Assembly (NCBI RefSeq): GCF_009914755.1
Contig: NC_060930.1
Length of the DNA: 64,000 bases
Origin: the human T2T-CHM13v2.0 reference genome, Homo sapiens
Reading direction: 5' to 3' (one strand)
Shown here piece after piece: positions 58,601 through 64,000 of the stretch; positions within the stretch are counted from its first letter, which is position 1; each line of letters opens with the position of its first letter. Position numbers and translations under genes: made by a program. The notes under the pieces are model-generated. The model did no database searches, was not told the DNA's origin, and saw only the letters and a list, made by a program, of their open reading frames with translations.

Positions 58601-61600
58601 GATGAAGCTTAACTATATCAACTATCCTTTTTAAAGTTCTAATTAGGAATTTAATGCTGCATGCTTATTTCAGTTTTATTACTCAGTATTCTTAAAAGTT
58701 AGACGTCTCTCACTTCTCCAAAAAACTTGGCAAATGTATAAATCTTTTGCATCAAAATCAATGCCCTGCTAATTTGTATCCTGGCCATCTGCATATTTTG
58801 GACAACTAATTTTTCCACTGGTGATCATTTGAAACTCTTTCTCAACTTTGAATAGAGACTGATTTCCAAAGTGAGATTTAAGTGACTAAGTTTCAAGTTT
58901 CCGATACATTTTTCCTTTTACTTAGATAACATTTCAGCCCCCTTCCTTTCTGATCTTACTTTTTTATTAATTTAAATTGTTACTGATTACGTGACACTTT
59001 GTGCTGGTCTAAGAATAGTCCAGAGTCACATATTCCCTGGTGAATGAGCATATTTTCGGATGAAAACGGAATCACATCTTCAATCCCCATTTCATTTTCA
59101 CCTCCTCCATGTGGCTTGTACCTGTTTGGAAGAAAGCTCCTGAAGGATAATTGCCACTTATTCTAATCTTTCTCACACTCATTTAATTTGGATCCCTGGC
59201 TAAAGTTGTTATTTACTTTTGTGATTATACTTAGTCTATGACATTCATAATTTGGGAAAATTCTCAGGTTTGAGAATTTTGGCGGCTTGGGATTTCTTTT
59301 AGTTTCTTATAGTTTTAAGGATATGTAAGACAGGTGTAAGAAACTGCCAAGGGGAGGAACCATAGATATCAGGAAAAACTAGAAAAGATGCCAGACTTAC
59401 CATTAATGAATGATGAGACAATAGTAACTTTGTTAAGTGAGATTGTATATGTGAAAGTGGTATAGAAACTAAACAAACATTAGGTGTTTTTATTATTTTA
59501 CTCACATGTTAATATTTGTTTTGGTGCTTTCATAGGCTAAAAAGCTGGGAAATAACAGATTTAAGTGGTCAGGAATTTTGTTATAAATATAGAATGATGA
59601 TTATATGAAATCTTTTCCTGTGAAAGTCAAATTTAAGTAAAATCTTTATCACCATCTGCAACATTTGTCTGCAGCCTGGCTTACCAGGTTATCATAAAGA
59701 ACATTTATTTTACAGATACATTAAAGAAAGTCAAAACCCTGATTATGTGTAAACAATTTTACATAAGGAAATATATGAATTTTAATTATATTTTTCTAAA
59801 ATCCGTACTCAGCATGAAATTAATACATCTTAACCCCTCCCTGTGACTTCATTATTATTTTTAATGTAACTTTAGAAGAACCCAGTAGAGAGAGCAGCGT
59901 GCTAAGTGTGTTTCTTTCTTTTCCAGACAACTTTGAATGGAGAGGAGCAAATTAGTCTTTTGGTTTAATTCTGTCTCAGTTTGCTTATCTAAAGAAAGGA
60001 AAACAGAGTGGCTACACTTGTTTAGAACCATATGCATACTCCAGAGAAAGATGCTCTATTAATCCAAAAAATACAGCCACTTGAAACCAGCCAAAGCGAA
60101 AGTGTAAGGGACTTCATGGAAAGGAGGCAGTTCACCAAAGTTATTGAGGGGTTTTATATTTTAAACTCCGCCAGTGAATTGACGTGTAATGTCACTTACA
60201 AAAAAAAAAAAAAGTATGTCTGAGCTGTTCGCTACTTCGTCTCTAAAATATACTCATACTGATCTCTGAAATCCCAGAATTTAAGTGGGCTGGAGGTTAC
60301 GGGAAGCACCTTTATAATATCCTTAATCTCATGAGGGAAGAAACCATAATTGCTGAATTCTCTGCCTTGGATAATATCAGGAGGGACTCTGAAGAAAGTT
60401 TTGCAGTAATCAACAATGTTTTAAATTATGTGTATATTTTTAGATCACCTCAAAAAATATAGGAAGCACAGAATGACAACTATTCTGGTCTCAACTGACA
60501 CAATTTTATGTAGTTTAATAAAGTAATAATTTCAAGAAACGTGGGCAAATAAGAAAGAGTATGACTTTCTTACAACCCGCTTGTAAGTGATGTGGTGGTG
60601 GTAATGATCCATGATTTTGATGATGACGATGATGATGAAAATGAAGTTTTTGTCTCAGTTTGGGTAGGTGGTATTTCTGGATGCCTCCTATGGACCCTGG
60701 AGATGTTCATCCTATACAGAAATCCAATCCTTTAAATCTACTTGGCTCATTGTTTTAGAATTCTAATTCCATAGTCTGAAAATTTTAATAATGATATTAC
60801 CAATAATATTAGAAACTTATTAAGTACCTATAATTGCTATACAAAAAATTTAAAAGAACCCAAAATTCCAAGCAAGACTGAAAATTTTTTGTCTCTCCTC
60901 TGAACTATTTAGAGGGACAAATTAGTTTGTTCTTATAATATCTACTTTAAATAAATGTGCCATCTTTAATAAGATAGTAGACTTCTTTGTTTGGTAATGT
61001 TCTATTTTTTGGAGATCCTATGAGTTACACTTGGGAAAATTATAAAAGTTCACTTAAAGTTAATAAAATCCATTAAGTAATGTTCAGAACTAGACATTTC
61101 CAAATGAGCCCTTGAAAAGCTCAGGTGGGTTCTTTTTGAGAGTTCCCCAAATGTTGTCAACCCCAGGAGGAATGGAAGACCTCTGCAGTTTTGTTATTCA
61201 GATTCTCATCTCCTTCTCAGAAGCCGTAGAACTGGCCGGGCCCTAAGGTCCACGCTCCTTGGTTCCAGTTCTGTCTTCCATCCTTCGGTCCCGGGCTCAT
61301 TCTGCCTGTTCCTAAACGGTGGCAAGTTAGGGGCCCCAGCAGCCAACTTGTGCTTACCTGGCACTACTTCCTGGGCAGTTTTCTTGGCTCCTTGACTTGT
61401 TGGGCGGCTTGGGATTTCTTTTATGGCCCTGAAAGCAAAAGACAATGTTCTCTTTTAGTTTCCTGCAATTAAATGATGTTAGAAATAGTCATCTTCACAT
61501 TGGCGTACTTCCTCTTTCTTCTGTAGGTCTTTTAGAATTTTGAGTCCATTCTCATATTTTCTTGTTTCATTTGCTTTATTTTCTAATACATAGAAGTTTA

Positions 61601-62880
61601 AACTCCCTTTAAAGAGTTTTTGGCCTCTTTTACCCTATTAAGCTTTCTTTTTTCTTTTCTGTTTTAGTTGTTCCATCTGTGTATTCTCAGATATTTTTCT
61701 TTCACCTTTTCTGGTTTATTTCTTTATTGACCTGTCTCATCTGTTATTTTAATGAAATTTGGAACAGGGCTAAACAGAGTTCCTACCTCAGCCAGTATAA
61801 GAATATACCGTAATAACTCAGAGTGGTATTAACTAGATTAAAAGTTTCAAAAAGTGATGTTTTTCTTGTCTCTGAGGATAGAAACTTCAACAAAATAAAG
61901 AAGAAATTTTCAATTAGTAGAATTTCTTTGAAAGTTTGTTCATTCATTCATTTGGCTACCTTATTCCAAATTGAGTCATTCATTGAGGGCTTAGACTATA
62001 TAAAGTGTGGTTTTGTTTTCCCAGCAGTTCATGCAACAGCATTGCACCTAGCAGCTGGGAAGTCTTATAGCATGAATAGGTGAGATTCTAATACCAGAAT
62101 CTCCTGCATGTGTAAACTAACAGTGTAGTCTTGACTGTTGTCTCCCAGTAAACTTGGTTTCAGGAGTTTTAGATCCATGTGAACGTGTACAAGGCATTTT
62201 TGCTAACTGTAACTTCCCACTTAATCAACAAAAACAAAAACACTCATTTCTGAACATTCAGTGCATTCATGATTAATCTTAATTACACCACAAAGGTATT
62301 TTTCAATGGTGATTTTGCGGGAGTGGGGTAACAGTTTCGAAAGCAACATTGTCAGAAACATAGTTGATTTTAAAGGTTCTTTCTGGTGACTTTGACTTCT
62401 GCTTTTTTAGAAGACCTTACACAGAGTTGTATTTATTTCTCCTGGAATATTTCAAGCAATTCAGAGTGAAAGGGTATACATTCCAATTTGCGTATGAGAT
62501 AAAATTTAGTTACATTGAGAAGCTATTTTCTTTAGTTACAGGGAAAAAATTGTAGGGCTTTTGGAAGCCTCTTTGATTTCTAATAGGAGGAATCCCTGAG
62601 CACTGGTCCAAACAGAAATCATCTCTTCTTCATTGCTGTATTTCCCTCAAGCTCTTAGCAAAGTGCATGGCACGTGAAAGCCCGGAGAAGCTGTTGGTTG
62701 AAAGAATGGATGGTGGTGGGCAGGAAGCATCAGGGACATGGTTTGCTTCAGTCTATTGGCTGGGAGAAAGGCCATTTAGGAAGGGATCCTTAGATGCCAC
62801 TGGAAGAATGTGGGAAGTTTGTGAATCTCTCTTTCTCAGGAACAAAAGTAGAAAAAGGACTCCACACAGCATTCCAAGTA

Positions 62881-63519
62881 CAGTCGGCCCTCATTATTCA
62901 TGGATTCTGTATTTGCAAATTCGCTGACTTACTGACGTTTATTTGTAACCTTCGAGTCAACACTCACGGTGCTTTCTCAGTCCTTTGCAGACGTGTGGAA
63001 TGGCAAAAAAATTTGAGTTATATGACGTATATGTTCCCAGCTGAGGCTGAGCAAGGCTCACTTCTCCTTGCAGCCCTCAGACTATAAACAAGTGTCCCTC
63101 TTGCTATCTACTTCGTGTTATGATTTTTGCATTTTCATAATCCCTGTTGATGATTTTGCTGTTTAAAATGGCCCCTAAGCATGGTCCTGAAGTACTGTCT
63201 AGGGATTCTAAGACAAGGCTCTGACGTGTCTTAAGAGAAAATACGTGTTTGATAAGCTTTATTCAGGCATGAGTTACAATGCTGTTGGCCATGAGTTCAA
63301 TGATGGTGAATCAACAGGATATATTAAATACAGTGTTTTTGAACAGAAAAACATATAAAACAAGGTTATGTATTAATGAGTTGGCAAAAATGCTGTGACC
63401 AAAGGCTCCCAGGAACCTACCCTATTTTCCCCTCAATGCAATGGTTCAGTATTTGCTAATTCAGTGTTTGAGGTGACTTTATAGAACATGAGTACCATGA
63501 ATAATGAGAATCGATTCTG
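62881..63519. mobile_element. MER82-like TcMar-Tigger element
   Basis: TA-flanked CAGTCGGCCCTCATTATTCATGG...CCATGAATAATGAGAATCGATTCTG; about 640 bp. Confidence 0.8.
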
Positions 63520-63524
63520 TATAA

Positions 63525-63745
63525 TAGAGTGATGAAAGCACAGGTCTGGGAGCCAGCAGCTATATTTCTATTCTGGCGTGACTCCTGTGTAGTTGTCATC
63601 ACTGGCAAATTGCTTAACTGTGTGCCTCAGTTTCCTAATCTGTAAAAGCTACATCGTTTGGATGATGTGAGGATTAAACAAATTCATAGATGTCTAGGGC
63701 TTATAACATTCCTGGCACATAACAAGTCATTATTTTTTATTACTA
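63525..63745 (+). mobile_element. MIR
   Basis: TGTGCCTCAGTTTCCTAATCTGTAAAA...GTGAGGATTAAA core. Confidence 0.75.
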
Positions 63746-64000
63746 CTTCGGAAGGGAATTGAGTACTATACCCTGAAGAAGGTGAGTATGGGAATTCTCT
63801 ACGGGTCTGGAATGTCCCTATATTTGTTTATTTTGCCTTCAAGTGACTAACTTTAATACCCTATTGTGATTAGAAGTTAAACTTCTGCAACCAAAAGGAA
63901 GCAGGAAGCTAGTATTTCTTGAAGTGCTTATTACATGCCAGGTACTGTGCTACAAAAACAAAACAAAACAACTGTAAAAAAAACTTCAAATTTGGCTGCG

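Larger units (their letters stand above)
55596..64000 (+). other. ESR1: ESR1 intron 1 (partial, continues beyond window)
   Basis: Starts with GT at 55596; no ERalpha DNA-binding-domain exon appears in the remaining sequence. Confidence 0.95.

Overview
Human (primate) genomic DNA covering the 5' region of ESR1 (estrogen receptor alpha) on the + strand. About 51 kb of repeat-rich upstream/5'-intronic sequence (22 Alus or Alu fragments, two 5'-inverted L1PA copies, L2/MIR, MaLR LTRs, Tigger/MER DNA-transposon relics) is followed by a repeat-poor promoter cluster. That cluster holds untranslated exons D, C and B, promoter A, and the (GT)n and (TA)n microsatellites nearby. Next comes the CpG-island first coding exon (ATG 55144, donor after 55595; ERalpha residues 1-151, AF-1 domain) and about 8.4 kb of intron 1. 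ESR1 exon 1 is the only real coding sequence; the other ORF-track entries are Alu/L1-derived or chance. I found no new multi-gene system. The most interesting signal is a sense-oriented THE1 LTR about 16 kb upstream. It supplies a DUX4-type motif, TATA box, splice donor and branch point defining a 101-nt intron that removes the LTR's own poly(A) signal, and it is a candidate for the ESR1 testis (T) promoter. Other signals: leader-specific uORF logic converging on one acceptor, probable gene conversion between two L1s, and a 76-bp templated duplication. Repeat subfamily names and literature links are from memory and need database confirmation.
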